A stretch of DNA of 64,000 nt from Squalus acanthias. Lineage: Eukaryota. Of the stretch, positions 1-12,589 are shown in pieces. The notes below the pieces were generated by a model that worked only from the letters and a program-made list of their open reading frames with translations, was not told where the DNA came from and ran no database searches. The stretch is from NCBI GenBank assembly GCA_030390025.1, contig CM059432.1:124560001-124624000 (forward strand), read 5' to 3'. The position numbers and the translations under genes were made by a program. Every line of letters begins with the position of its first letter. Within the stretch, counting starts at the first letter, position 1.

Positions 1-394
1 TAGGAAACTCTTAGTGATATTTGGAATGACTTTTTTATTACCACTTCACCTCAGGACTGTAACCCTGATGTAAGAGCTGAAATTTATTTCTACAGGATAG
101 TAAGCATTGTATGACAGGGTGAGTAGGAAAGCAATTTTCTTTATTTTACAGCTTATTTTGGACTGATAAAGCAAAATATTCTAATTTAAATATGCCGTGG
201 GAATGTAAAACAGTTTTGTTAAAGATACGTCTTTGAAAGCAAACAATCACATTCTTATCAGAAAGAACTATTTATTTTCTCATACTGTGCATCGCACTTG
301 TGTATTCATTGGGGAGAAACAGTCCATAACCAATTTCTAGCCCATTGTATTTTATTACCATTATTTCATTACAGAATAGATCAAACCCCCACTC

Positions 395-1077
395 GGGGGA
401 ATTATCACATGAAAAAATGGGTGGGTCGGGGGAGAAGTGAAAGTTGTAAAAATCTAAATCCCGCCCCCCAACCCGCCTCCAACCCGCCCATTTTCAGCTT
501 TTGCACAAGCGGGACGGAGGGGCGGGCAGCCAACCCACTGCCAGGAGGCGGGTTGGCATTTTAATTATGATATGAGGCTGGAAGCCTCTACTTTAACCTG
601 TTGTGCAGGTTTAACTGCAGGTGGCCAGGGATCCTGGGGCTCGGGATTCCCGGAAGCTGCAGCGAGGTGAGCACAGCTTCGGGGAGCAATCCTTGTGGCC
701 GGGAGAAGCAGGAGTGTTTCTTCCCGGCCCCCCAAGCTCACCCGCCAGCAGCCCGCCCCTCCCCGGGGTCGGAGATCGGACCCCCCACCCACCCTGGGGT
801 CGGGGATTGGACTCCCCCCAGGGCTTGGACCCCACCCTCCCTTGGACCCCACACCTACCTGTTACTGCGGCATCCTCGTCAGCCAGCATTCCCCGCCCGA
901 CTGGAAGCCAGTCTGTCAATCAGGCTGGCTTCGGGGCGGGGAAACCCGCCCATTGCGTCACACGCACGCTGTGGAGTTAAAACTCCACAGCGTGCCGGAA
1001 ACCCGGACTTCTGGGGTTCCCACGGTCTACCGGGTTCCCCCCGCTCCGGGCAGGTGGGAAACGGGAAAATCCAGGCC
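395..1077. mobile_element. Non-autonomous PIF/Harbinger-type element (MITE)
   Basis: GC-rich, non-coding, right end GGGAAAATCCAGGCC resembles the GGGCTGGATTTT TIR class; colinear inverted copy at 41069-41800. Confidence 0.7.
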
Positions 1078-1794
1078 AATGAATTTGAACTCGTCTTCAT
1101 TAGATAAATGTCATGAAATTCTGTTACATAGCAGCAACAATATTTTCTTTTGTATATGGAAGCTTCAATTTAGTTATCCCTCTAGTCAAACAACATGGGG
1201 TAAAATTAGTCTTGCGTGGTAGCACAAAATGGGTGATAGCAAATCAGCAGTCTATTTTACACTCGGCCCGATTTTCTTCTCCATTAAACAGCACAGAAGG
1301 TTTAGGTGTTGGGGACATCTTGCAACTTGCCATACAGCAAGTACCTCATCTCAAATTGTGCCACTGTGAGATGGCACCAAGGGGAGGTTAGGCACATACC
1401 TGCAAGGAGGATAGTGGGAAAATCAGAGAGCCAGTCAGTGGAGGCTGCCCGTGTACACCTTGGATAAAGCATTCTGTAGACTAACAGCCGAGGAACGTAT
1501 GTGGTAATTTCTGTGTTAGAACAATACGGCTGCTCTCATAATGGAACACCTGTCTTTTCTGGAAAAGGAAATTTGCATACATTAGTGGCTCTCCCGTCGC
1601 ATTGCACACAGTAATTTGGAGAATATGATGTCTCTCTCTCACCAGTCTCTGTTGTCTCCGTGTTGCTGTTCTCCCTGTGCCTGTCCCCTTCTGCTTCAGT
1701 CTCTCTCTTCCCCATCTGCTACTCTCCGCCTAATTCTTCTCATTCCTCTCTCTGTCTTTTTCTCCTATTCTTTCGGCTGTTGGGTGGCATGGTA

Positions 1795-3800
1795 TTAGAG
1801 CCACCAAGCACCGAATTAGAGCTTCAGCAGCGGCTGGAGTCACTGCGGTGCATCCGCGAGGCTGAGAATTACGTGGATAGCACGTTTCTAGAGGTGGTCA
1901 CCCCACAGCTTAAGAGTGTGCAGGCAGAGAGGGAATGGGTGACCGCCAGACAGAAGAGGAGGACCAGGCAGGTAGTGCAGGAGTCCCAGAGTGCATCGCT
2001 CTCTCCAACCAGTATTGTGTTGTGAGTACTGGTGAGCGCAATGGTTCCTCTGGGGAGTGCAGCCAGAGTCAAGTCCACAGCACCACGGGTGGCTCAGCTG
2101 CACGGGGGTGGGGGGGAGAGGAAAAAGAGTGGAAGAGCAATTATGGTAGGGGATTCAATAGTTAGGGGAGCAGTCGAGCGTTTCTGCGGCCGTAGATGTG
2201 ACTCCAGGATGGTATGTTGCCTCCCTGGTGCCAGGGTCAAGGATGTCACTGATTGGCTGCAGGACACTCTGAGTGGGGAGGGTGAACAGCCAGAGGTCAT
2301 TGTCCATATCGGTACCAACGACATAGGCAGAAAGAGGGATGAGGTCCTGCAGGCAGAGTTTAGAGAGCTAGGAGAGAGATTAAAAAGCAGGACCTCAAAG
2401 GTAGTAATCTCCAGATTACTCCCGGTGCCACGTGCTGGTGAGTACAGGAATAGGAGGATAGAACAGATGAATGTGTGGCTGGAGAGATGGTGCAGGAGGG
2501 AGGGCTTTAGATTCCTGAGGCATTGCGACCGTTTCTGGGGAAGGTGGGACCTGTACAAGCCGGACGGGTTACACCTCAACAGAGCCGGGACCAATATTCT
2601 CGCGGGGAGGTTTGTTAGTGCTGTTGGGGACGGGTTTAAACTAGCTTGGCAGGGGGATGGGCACCAGCATATTGGAGTAGAAAAGAGGAATAAGGTGCAT
2701 AAAAGAGTAATTGTGTTGGATAGTACTAGAGAAGATAGTACTAGAGGTGGTAGTAGTACCATATTAGATAGGTGCAGACTAAGAAAGACTACGAAAAATT
2801 CAAATATGGGTTTAGAATGCATGTACGTAAATGCATAAAGTGTGGTGAATAAGGTTGGTGAGTTACAAGCACAATTAGCCGTGTGGCAAAATGATGTGGC
2901 AATAACGGAAACGTGGCTTAAAAACGGTGAGGACTGGGCACTTAATATTCAAGGGTACAAGGTGTTCAGAACAGATAGGGAAGGAAAAAAGGGAGGTGGG
3001 GTGGCAGTGCTGATTAAGGAAGACATTGTAGTGTTAGAAAGGGAGGATGTTCTTGAGGTGACAAGGACAAAATCCATTTGGTTAGAGTTGAGGAGCAACA
3101 CGGGTATGATCACGCTATTGGGGGTATTCTATAGGCCTCCAAATAGTGAGAAGGAGGTAGAGGAGCAAATCTGCAGGGAAATCGCAGAGATATGCAAGAG
3201 CTATAGTGTGGTGCTATTGGGGGACTTTAATTACCCAAATATCGATTAGGATAATGCTAGGGTAAAGGGAAAGGAGGGGGAGGAATTTCTGAAATGTGTT
3301 CAGGAGAATTTCCTTGACCAGTATGTTCTTGGCCCAACTAGGAAGGAGGCATTGCTGGATCTGGTGCTGGGGAATGAGGTGGGCCAGGTCGACCAAGTGT
3401 CTGTGGGAGAACACTTGGGTACGAGTGATCATCGTATCATAAGATTTAGATTAGCAATGAAGAGGAGCAAGGAACAATTTAGAGTGGAACTTCTAAACTG
3501 GAATAGGGCTAACTTCAATGGGATGTGAAAGGATCTAGCCAGGGTAAAATGTAACCAATGACTGACAGGGAAAAACTGTAACGGAACAATGGGTGATCTT
3601 TAAGGAGGAGATGTTTCAAGTACAGGCTAGGTACATTCCAACAAGAGGGAAGGGTAAGGGAACCAAAGCAAGGGCTCCTTGGATGTCGAGGGAGATAGAG
3701 GAGATGATGAAACAAAAAATGAGGGTGTATGATGCATGTCAGGTGAATTCTTCAAGGGAGAACCAGACCAAATACAATAAGTTGAGAGGGGATGTGAAGA
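1795..3800 (+). mobile_element. CR1 LINE 5' portion (ORF1 plus APE endonuclease part of ORF2), decayed
   Basis: ORF1 coiled-coil remnant (ELELQQRLESL), esterase domain, then APE motifs AITETWL, GGGVAVLIK, GVFYRPP, LLGDFNYP; stops at ~2836 and ~3247; truncated near 3800. Confidence 0.9.
2032..2660 (+). pseudogene. CR1 ORF1 SGNH/GDSL esterase domain
   Basis: Blocks MVGDSIVR, CLPGARV, VHIGTND, DGLHLN in ORF 2032..2838. Confidence 0.85.
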
Positions 3801-4515
3801 CTGCAGGAAAATGTGTTCCTCAGTGGTTTCCTTCCCAACCCCTCCCCCAATCATTTGTGCTTCCCCTCACTTCCATTGCAGCCTCGACCCTTTCACCATC
3901 TCCTTCCTACCAACCCCTCACTCCCATCCTTACTTTTATTTCTTCCTTTTTTCAGCTGCCTTCTTCTCCAGCCTCCCTCACTCCAATGTCACACATCTCA
4001 TCCTTAGACCTCTATCTACTTCAACTATGGTATGTAGAGTATAACAATTGAAGGTTACATATACTCCTTTCGTGCACATAAAAGTATGCAGATCAGCAAT
4101 ACTGGGCCATAAAGTGAAGCTATGTATGAAAGCAGGATTTAGGATGAAGCAAGTGACAAGTACCAAACCCAGTTGCACCTTTAGGGGGAGTGAGCAAATG
4201 TGGCAGAACATGAGACAATAAAGGGACAAAATAAATTTTAAATTGGGAAGGCAAAATTAGAAAAATGTTGGTGCAACTAAAAACTATGAGAAGCAACATG
4301 CTACTGGCTAAAGCTTGTTCATATACAAACAACTCCAAGTAAACACACACCAAAGCCTTGAAATTCAGCAACATGATATCTGTGAGATATTAGAACATGA
4401 ACATTTGTTCAAAATTATTTTGTCTGCTTTATTTTAAACAAGTTAATGTTGTCATTAAAATAGCAGACAAAGGAACTTCAAAGGAACTTCATGTTAATGC
4501 TAACATCACACAGCA

Positions 4516-4890
4516 TGGGGGAATTTTAACTCCCCTCCAACCAGTGGGAACCGGGCCGAAGGGGAGTTAAAATTCAAGTGGTACACTTGTGGCTTCTTTA
4601 TTGCCCTGTGGCAACTTTAATGCCACTGTTTTTGTGGGCGGTTGAGGCACCCATCTGATTAAATATAAATTGAGGTCTTATGATGTTATTTGGACCCTGA
4701 AGCAGTTTTAACAGCCTACTGAGGGGAGCATCCTCTATGTAAAACCTGGATACTCAGCGGACGCCCTCTCAGTATCTTTATGGGGCCCGGAGGAGAAAAA
4801 GTGCAGCTCTGGGCCCCACAAAGAAAGATTGGGCTCCTGCCAGCCCAGGCTTCCCTTGTCCCAACCACCAAAACCCTCCTGCACATATCC
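4516..4890. mobile_element. Truncated Harbinger-type MITE
   Basis: Starts GGGGGAATTTTAACTCCCC with an internal inverted copy (GGGGAGTTAAAATT); resembles the 49409 element. Confidence 0.45.
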
Positions 4891-5847
4891 CCGGCAAGTT
4901 ATAATCACTCTCATAATTCCAAGCTCTATATTAACCATACATAGGTCAAATTTGTTTATCAAGGTAAAGGTCATCATTTATCTGGTTTATATTCGTGTTT
5001 TTGGAATGGGTGAGGTAAGTTAAAGAGCACTGCACATATAAAGTGGACTAGTTGCATTTAATAATGGAATATAATATAACTCTCATGTCTGTCATTCACT
5101 CAAAAAAAAAATGTATTAATCTCATTCCGGGAAAGATGCCAGACAGTTTGCTTAGACTTGGTTCACACTTTACTGGGCTTGCCAGTCTTTAGAATAACCA
5201 CATTCACATCCCATAACTATTACTTCTCAAATATCCAGTTATGAAAACCAGCAGTGCACATGTTTTTAACTTTGTGCATTAGTCTTAAAACTACAAATAC
5301 AGAAAGCAAAAAGCATACACACCAGTAGTAAAATCAGGTTGACTAATGATGCCGACTGATGACTGAAATCTAACTGACTCATGATGCTTAGTAATGACTG
5401 TCTGATGTTTGACCACTAATGGAATCCTTACTCAAAGATGTAATAGAAAAATATCTAGAAACTGAAAATACAATAAAGAGCAGTCAGCACGGATTTCAAA
5501 AGCGAAGGTCATGCTTGACCAACCTTACATAATTCTTTGAAGAAGTAACAGAAAGGGTAGATAAGGGTAATGCAGTAGATGTAATATATTTGGATTTTCA
5601 AAAGGCCTTCATAAAGGTACTGTATAGAAGACTCATGACTAAGGTCAGAACATGTGGAGTCAGGAAACAAGTAGCAGAATGGATAGCAAACTGGCTACAA
5701 AACAGAAAACAGAGGTAGTTATTAAGACTGGCAAAAGGTGCAAAGTGGTGTTCCACAAGGAACGGTGCTGGGATCACTGTTGTACACAATTTACATAAAT
5801 GATTTGGACTCGGGAATCGGAAGTATAATTTCCCAATTTGCGGACGA

Positions 5848-6876
5848 CTTCTTCTTCTTAGGCAGTCCCTCGGATCCGAGGATGACTTGCTTCCACATTA
5901 AAAATGAGTTCTCAGGTGACTGATGAGTCCAATGCAGGACCTACAGTCGCTGTCACAGATGGGGCAGACGGTGGTTGAAGGGGCGGGTGGGTGGGGTGCT
6001 TGGGTTGACATGCGCTCCTTGCGCTGCTTGCGCTTGGCTTCCGCTTGCTCCCGGCGAAGAGACTCGAGGTGTTCGGTGCCTTCCCGGATGCTTCTCCTCC
6101 ACTTTGTGCGGTCTTGGGCCAGGGATTTCCAGGTGTCAGTGGGGATGTTGCAGTTTTTCAAAGAGGCTTTGAGGGTGTCCTTGAAGCATTTCCTCTGCCC
6201 ACCTGGGCCTCTCTTGCCGTGCCGGAGCTCCGAGTAGAGCGCTTGTTTTGGAAGTCTCGTATCGGGCATGCGGACGATGTGACCCGTCCATCGGAGCTGA
6301 TCGAGCGTGGTCAAAGCTTCGATGCTGGGGATGTTGGCCTGAGCAAGAACACTGACGTTGGTGCGCCTATCGTGCCAATGGATTTGCAGGATCTTGCGGA
6401 AGCAGCATTGGTGGTACCTCTCCAGTGCTTTGAGGTGCCTGCTGTACATGGTCCATGTCTCTGAGGCATACAGCAGGGCGGGTATCATTGCTTCTCTGTA
6501 GACCATGAGCTTAGTGCCAGGTTTGAGGTCCTGGTCTTCAAACACTCTCTTCCTCAGGCGACCAAAGGCTGCACTGACACACTGAAGGCTGGTGCTGGAC
6601 TTCGTCATCGACGTCTGCCCTTGTTGACAGTAGGCTCCCGAGGTATGGAAAGTGGTCCACATTGTCCAAGGCCTTGTTGTGGATTTTGATAATCGGGGGG
6701 CAGTACTGTGTGGCGGGGGCAGGTTGGTAGAGGACCTTTGTCTTACGGTTGTTTAGTGTAAGGCCCATGCTCTCGTACGCTTCGGTGAAGGTGTTGACGA
6801 TGGTTTGGAGTTCGACCTGCGAGTGAGCACAGACACAAGCGTCGTCTGCATACTGTAATTCGTTGACAGAGGATGG
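5848..6876 (-). mobile_element. RTE-clade LINE, 5'-truncated
   Basis: ELQYADDA, FPYLGS, LLYASETW, LRWTGHIVRMPDTRLPKQ, C-terminal CPIC..HLRTH zinc finger, (GAA)n tail at 5848-5860. Confidence 0.9.
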
Positions 6877-7049
6877 ACCAAATTGGGGAGTGTAGTTAAT
6901 ACAGAGGAGGACTGCGACAAAATACAGGAAGACATTAATAAACTTGCAGAATGGGCATGTAATTGGCAAATGAACTTCAATATAGTTAAGTGTCAGGTGA
7001 GCCATTTTTGTAGTGAGAATAAGGCGGCCACATACTCCTTAGAAAATAA

Positions 7050-7854
7050 AGGGGGGATTTTGCCGGTGCTCAGGGGGCAGATTTGGAGGCGGGACCGGTG
7101 GCAAACGATCTTCCCGGGAGGTGGGTCCCCGATTCGCGCAGGGACCCATCTCCTAGCGGCGGGAAGGGGATTAGTGCCAATTAACTGCCTGTTAACAGGT
7201 AGTTAAGAGGCTTTTTCCCATTTTGCGCCTACTGCTGCAGGCTTCCAGACATCGGGAAACCCCGCCAGGGTAAGTGAGGCGAGCTGTGGGTCTGTTGTAC
7301 TGTAGCTGTAGAAATGACAGCTGCAGAGGTAGTGTGAAGGCTGCAATGGGACACTGGTAAGTATGACAGGTAAGAGAATGTTGGGGAATTTTTTTTTACG
7401 GTGGTTTGATGCTTCTGCAGGTGACAAGCTGTGATGTGTTTGTGCAGACTCATCTCATCGGGAGAAGTGACAGATGGCTTCTGCAATCTCACATGCAGCT
7501 GCCATCTGTTTCATCCTAAGGAGAGAGTCATTGGAGAGGCTGGGTGCAAGGGCTTACCTTTGGACAGTGATTGTCAGTGCTTGACAGCACCTCAATGCTG
7601 TCAAACACTGACAATTCATCTGTCAAAAAATTATGGTGCCTGTCACTTTAATAAAACCGGCAGATGAAGCGTCATGCACTGACATCATCTGACACCGGCT
7701 TTCCCTTAATTGGCCAGCAAGCCCGCAGAGCGGGCTTAACAAGGCCAATCAAGGGAAAATAGCGTCTGTTCGTCAGACGTCGCTGGGGGCGGGACTGAAA
7801 CCTGAAAACCAGCAGTCCCGCCTCGACCTCCGGATCTAAGGTAAAATCCAGCCC
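7050..7854. mobile_element. Non-autonomous Harbinger element
   Basis: TIRs AGGGGGGATTTT / AAAATCCAGCCC, TAA duplication (7047-7049, 7855-7857); removal restores CR1 frame ENK-CLNG. Confidence 0.85.
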
Positions 7855-8611
7855 TAAGTGTCTAAATGGGGGTAAAGATACACATATCACTAAGAGTAGT
7901 GGCACAGGTAAATAAGGCCATAAAAAAGCAAACAAAACACTGGGGTTCATTTCTAGAGAGATAGAATTGAAAAGCAGAGAAGTTATGTTAAACTTGTTTA
8001 GAACCTTAGTTAGACTACATTTGGAGTACTATGAACAGTGCTGGTCTCCATAGTATAAATAGGATATAGAGGCACTGGAGAAGGTGCAAAAAAGATTTAC
8101 TAGGTTGATAATAGAACTGAGAGGTTATAACTATCAGGAAAGATTGAACAGGCTGGGGCTCTTTTCTCTAGAAAAGAGAAGGCTCAGAGAAGACCTGATA
8201 GAGGTCTTTAAGATAATGAAAGGGTTTGATAGGGTAGAGGTAGAGAAGATGTTTCCACTTGCGGGGGAGACCAGAACTAGAAGCCATAAATATAAGATAG
8301 TCACTAATAAATCCAATAGGGAATTCAGGAGAAACTTCTTTACCCAGAGCGCGGTGAGAATGTGAAACATGCTACCACAGGGAGTAGTTGAGGTAAATAG
8401 CTTAGATGCATCTAAGGGGAAGCGAGATCAACACATGAGGGAGAAAGGAATAGAAGGATATGTTGTTGGGGTGAGGTGAAGAAGGATGGGAAGAGGCTCG
8501 TGTGGACCATAAACACTGGCATGGACCAGTTGGGCCGAATGGCCTGATTCTCTGCTGTAAATACTATGTAATACTATGTAACCCTGTTGAAATCCAGAAG
8601 GAAAACTCGAT

Positions 8612-8782
8612 GGGGACGACTTTAACCTAACCCACCCGTCGGGAAACTGGCGGGTGGAACGCCAGCTTTGCACCCCGTCTGATTTTACTCTCCATTGAAG
8701 TAATATTAGGCGGGGTGTAAAACCGCCGTTCCACCCGATTCAGTGGGTTTTCCCGCCCAGCAAGTTAGATTAAAATTACCCC
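8612..8782. mobile_element. Short palindromic Harbinger-type MITE
   Basis: GGGG..TTTAACC / TTAAAATTACCCC ends, central CCATTGAAGT motif; homologous to 58989-59174. Confidence 0.65.
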
Positions 8783-8786
8783 TGAT

Positions 8787-8940
8787 GGGTGGAATTTTCA
8801 ACTTTGGCAGGAGCGTAACCGCCCGTTATACACCCCGCCTGATTTTCCTTTTCCATTGACTTTAATGGGCGGGTTGTATAACAGGCGGCTGATCTGCTAC
8901 CACCCGTTTTATGCGCCCGCCAAAGTTGAAAGTTCCACCG
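8787..8940. mobile_element. Short palindromic Harbinger-type MITE
   Basis: GGTGGAATTTTCAACTTTGGC / GCCAAAGTTGAAAGTTCCACC inverted ends; central CCATTGACTTTAATGG. Confidence 0.7.
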
Positions 8941-9369
8941 AATGATATGTGGCTGTTACCCCAGCACAGCAGAGCACTCAGAATAAAGCCCCTGAACTTT
9001 CCAGCGAAATGCTGAGCCACAGATTTGTCAGCTCCTCGGCTGTTCGACTAATTATCCTATTACCAAACATAAAATCTTAAGCATGATGTTTCAGCATCAT
9101 CCACTGACCTCAGGGTTTAAAATAGTTGTTACGCCCTGTAGGTTTGGGGTAGCTCATATATTTAAACATTTTGAGGGAGAATTTCTGCCGGGTTCTCCCA
9201 ATCTCCTGCCATAACCTCTGGAAATCCTGGAGAACCCTTGCTTTATTCCAGGCACTTGCCTCTAACCAGAAGGTCAGAAATCTTTTGGTTAACTGTCAGT
9301 TGAGCTTAATTGTTTTGTTTCAATGAATTTTGTCAATGTTCAGTTAGATTGAAGCACCACATGAACGCT

Positions 9370-9640
9370 CGCTGTTAACCGAGTGGGTAAAGGTGTTGCT
9401 AGGTGTAGCATTAAGCAAAGAAGACTAGAAAGCCCTAGGGTCAGTTCTTGGTCTATGCTAAGTTAGGGATTTCAGCTGGGGTATCGGTATGGGGGCCACA
9501 ATTGGCCTCTGATCCTTGATCAGTGAAGGAAAAGAAATCAGCCACAGTTCCTGCTGGAAAGTCTGCTTGTGTCAATATTCAGTGAGAACAGTCTCAGACT
9601 TGCCTGTGATACCGTCTATGCTTGAATATTCGATCAGTCT
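9370..9640 (+). mobile_element. Degenerate SINE-like repeat
   Basis: Weak tRNA-like head; body similar to pieces at ~24560-24660 and ~25015-25290. Confidence 0.35.
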
Positions 9641-9848
9641 GGGCTCACAAATGAAGAATAACCGCTCACTCGGGTGAGGTGCTACAAAACGTTCAGGCCT
9701 GTGAAACTTTACATCAGGAAATAACGGTGCCATCAGGAGAAAAAGGGTGGGGAAATTCAAAACAAAAAGTGCAGGAGATAAATAATATAACCTTAGTCAG
9801 AAAAGTTTTTTATTACTACGAACCTATCTGGAAGCCCAACAAACTAAT

Positions 9849-10318
9849 GTCAGCTGTGGCTCAGCGGGTAGCACCCTCACCGCCTGTAGTTCTATAAAGG
9901 TCGTGGGTTCAAGTCCCACTCCAGAGATTTGAGCACAAAAATCTCAGCTGACACTCCAGTGCAGTACTGAGGGAGCGCTGCACTGTCGGAGGTGCCGTCT
10001 TTCAGATGAGACATTAAACGGAGGCCCTATCTGCTCTCTCAGGTGGACAGAAAAGATCCCATGGCACTATTTTGAAGAAGAGCAGGGGAGTTATCCCTGC
10101 TGTCCAGGCCAATATTTATCCCTCAATCAACATAACAAAAACAGATTGTCTGGTCATTATCACATTGCTGTTTGTGGGAGCTTGCTGTGTGCAAATTGGC
10201 TGCCGCGTTTCCTACTTTACAACAGTGACTACACTTCAGAAAGTACTTCATTGTAAAGCGCTTTGAGACGTCCGGTGGTCGTGAAAGGCGCTATAGAAAT
10301 GCAAGTCTTTCTTTCTAT
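9849..10318 (+). mobile_element. tRNA-derived SINE with Deu domain (SacSINE1/AmnSINE1-like)
   Basis: A box TGGCTCAGCGG 9857-9867, B box GTTCAAGTCC 9907-9916, Deu-like core GTGCAGTACTGAGGGAGCGCTGCACTGTCGGAGGTGCCGTCTTTC..GATCCCATGGCAC, tail GGCGCTATAGAAATGCAAG(TCTT)n. Family name is from recognition, not a search. Confidence 0.8.
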
Positions 10319-11290
10319 CTTACGCAATGATGGACAATCACTTTATTACTTACAGGGGGTAAGGTTTCATTTCATTCTTAGTGTTGACGTTACAACTATA
10401 TTTTATTCAGTCGTGTACGTTTTGATTTATTCTGCTGGCAGAATATTTAAATCTTGAATTAAGTATAACTCCAACATACTTTTGAGGCACCACTGCAATG
10501 TTTTTGCTGGAGATCCAAGGAGGAATAGTTCCAAAAAATATATATATTTTTCAACAGAAAATGGCACAAAGGGTGTTTTTCATTCAGCCCCTTTGGGGAT
10601 GGGAGGCTCTGACATGTTTTTGAATTCTCGAATAAGGCTGTAATGCTGCTGTTATATGTGCAGCTACAAAAATCTCAAAAGTCCATATTTAGTAATACAA
10701 TAATCCTACGTTGTCACTAACTGAGAAGGAAGAATTAAATACGGTGCTTTGCTTATCAAAGGAATAGTGGAACCTTAAAGCTTGAACACATCCGGCGCGA
10801 AATTGGGATCGGTAGCGACCATTGTTTGGGCGCTACGGGTGCCGTTTGGGGACCAAAATGGCGTCCAATGCATGCGTGCACACTTCTGCCGCGAATCGCG
10901 CCAGACGCCATATTGGTGAGTGCATTAGCGCACGCGCAGTTAATGTCTGCCAGAAGTATGCCGAGCAGGCAGACCATGACGTCAATATTTAACAACAGCG
11001 GTGCCATTTTGGAGCGCAATGCTCCAGCCAATGCCCTCTCTTAAACTCGAATGGCCCAACACGCGTTGAGCAGCAGGAACGACCCCTCTCCAGCACTATT
11101 TAAAGGGATCATCAACTACTTGCAGGTTAGTTGCTGCTTGATTTCTTCTAGCCGTTGCTATGATTCAACAAGTGTTTGGTGCTTTCCATAGTTGTTTCAA
11201 GTTGCAAAAGTCTGCAGAGTGTGGCGTGGCAGGTGCTGAAGGAATTTTTCCTGACTTCAAAGCTTCTGCACAAACCAGTTACTCCCAGAC

Positions 11291-12424
11291 ATGGGTGCAT
11301 CAGCAGGAATTCCCCTTGGAATACAGCATGACTGGAAGAATGAGCAGAGGCCACGCAGAGCAGGATAAGCTGCTGAAAGAGAGAGATAGGAGTTAGGGGA
11401 GAAGGGCTCTCAGTAGGAGGCTGTATCCGCCCAGGGTCTTCAGGGAGCAATTCTCCTACCTGAACCTCAGCGAGGACCAATGCTAGAGACATCTGCGCTT
11501 CACTAAGAATGTCCTCACAGAAATCTGCCGCCTGCTGCAGCAACAACTGCAACCTCAGAGCAGGGCGAGGACCGCATTGCCAGTGGCTGTGAAGGTGACC
11601 GTGGACGTGAACTTTTATGCAGCTGGATCCTTCCAGGCTGGAGCTGGAGATATTTGCAACATTTTGCAGTTTGCCGTCCACTGTTACGTAAAGGAGATCA
11701 CTGAGGCTCTGTATTCAAAGAGAGCTGACTACATTTCATTCTCTCTTGCCAGAGACCAGCAGGCGAAGCGTGCACGCAGCTTTGCTAGGATTGCAGGGCG
11801 CCATTGACTGCACACGCATCGTTTTGCAGGAGCCGCATGTCAACTCTGACATATATCGGAACTGAAAGGGATTCCACTCCCTCAACGTCCAGCTGGCATG
11901 CGACCATAGGCAGCGCATCATGCAGGTTAACGCCCAGTATCCTGGCAGCAGTCATGATGTTTTCATCCTGTGGCAGTCCGCAGTGCCATCTGCATTTGAG
12001 CCACCATGGCAAACCAAAGGGTGGCTATTGGGCAACGAGGGCTATCCACTGACGACATGGCTGATGACTCCAGTTTGCAACCCACACACACATGCGCAGC
12101 ATACATACAAAGAGAGTCATGCTGCCACACAAAATGTGATAGAGCAGACCATTGGCGTATTGAAAAAATGCTTCCGCTGCCTGGACAGCTCTGGAGCAGT
12201 CCTGCAGTACTCTGCAGAATGGGTCTATAGATTTGTGGTGGTCTACTGCATGCTGCACAACCTCGCCATCATGAGGGCACAGCCCTTGCCACCAGCTATA
12301 CGGCAACTAGCTGAGGAGCAGGAGCATGAGGAGGAAAGAGGAAGAGGAAGGGAGGAGGCAACCTAGACAGCCGCTTTCTACCCGGGCTGTCCGTGAACAA
12401 CTAATTCAAGTGCGATACCAGTAA
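11291..12424 (+). pseudogene. Harbinger DDE transposase, disrupted
   Basis: VAVKVTV..FYAAGSFQ, GAIDCTH, YPGSSHDVFIL, LLGNEGY, IEQTIGVLKKCFRCL, MLHNL; several stops and frameshifts. Confidence 0.9.
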
Positions 12425-12589
12425 CCGCAACCCCAATTCCCCATTCACAGTCCTACACCTTACCTTCCCTCTGTCACTGACCATCACGGTGTCCACTTGG
12501 CCAAAATGCAAAAATAAAAGCCACCACAAAATAAACACTCCAAACCAAATTTATAAATGAAATCATGCCATATTGTATACAAACGCAAA

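Larger units (their letters stand above)
5410..8581 (+). mobile_element. CR1 LINE 3' part (RT and 3' UTR), split by two younger insertions
   Basis: SGVPQGTVLG..YIND..FADD | TKLGSVVN..WQMNFN..ENK | ..LEKRRLREDLIEVFKI..RRNFFTQ; ends in (ACTATGTAAT)-type tandem tail at ~8560-8581. Confidence 0.9.

Noticed and set aside
565..1222. Overlapping GC-rich ORFs as genes (also 21895-22564, 41066-41672)
   Set aside because: Arise from stop-poor MITE sequence; no domain motifs.
1570..1580. Octamer motif ATTTGCAT as a regulatory site
   Set aside because: Single 8-mer, expected by chance in 64 kb, with no supporting context.
2094..2822. Long antisense ORFs (also 52857-53663, 11148-11681)
   Set aside because: Shadows of transposon coding frames on the opposite strand.
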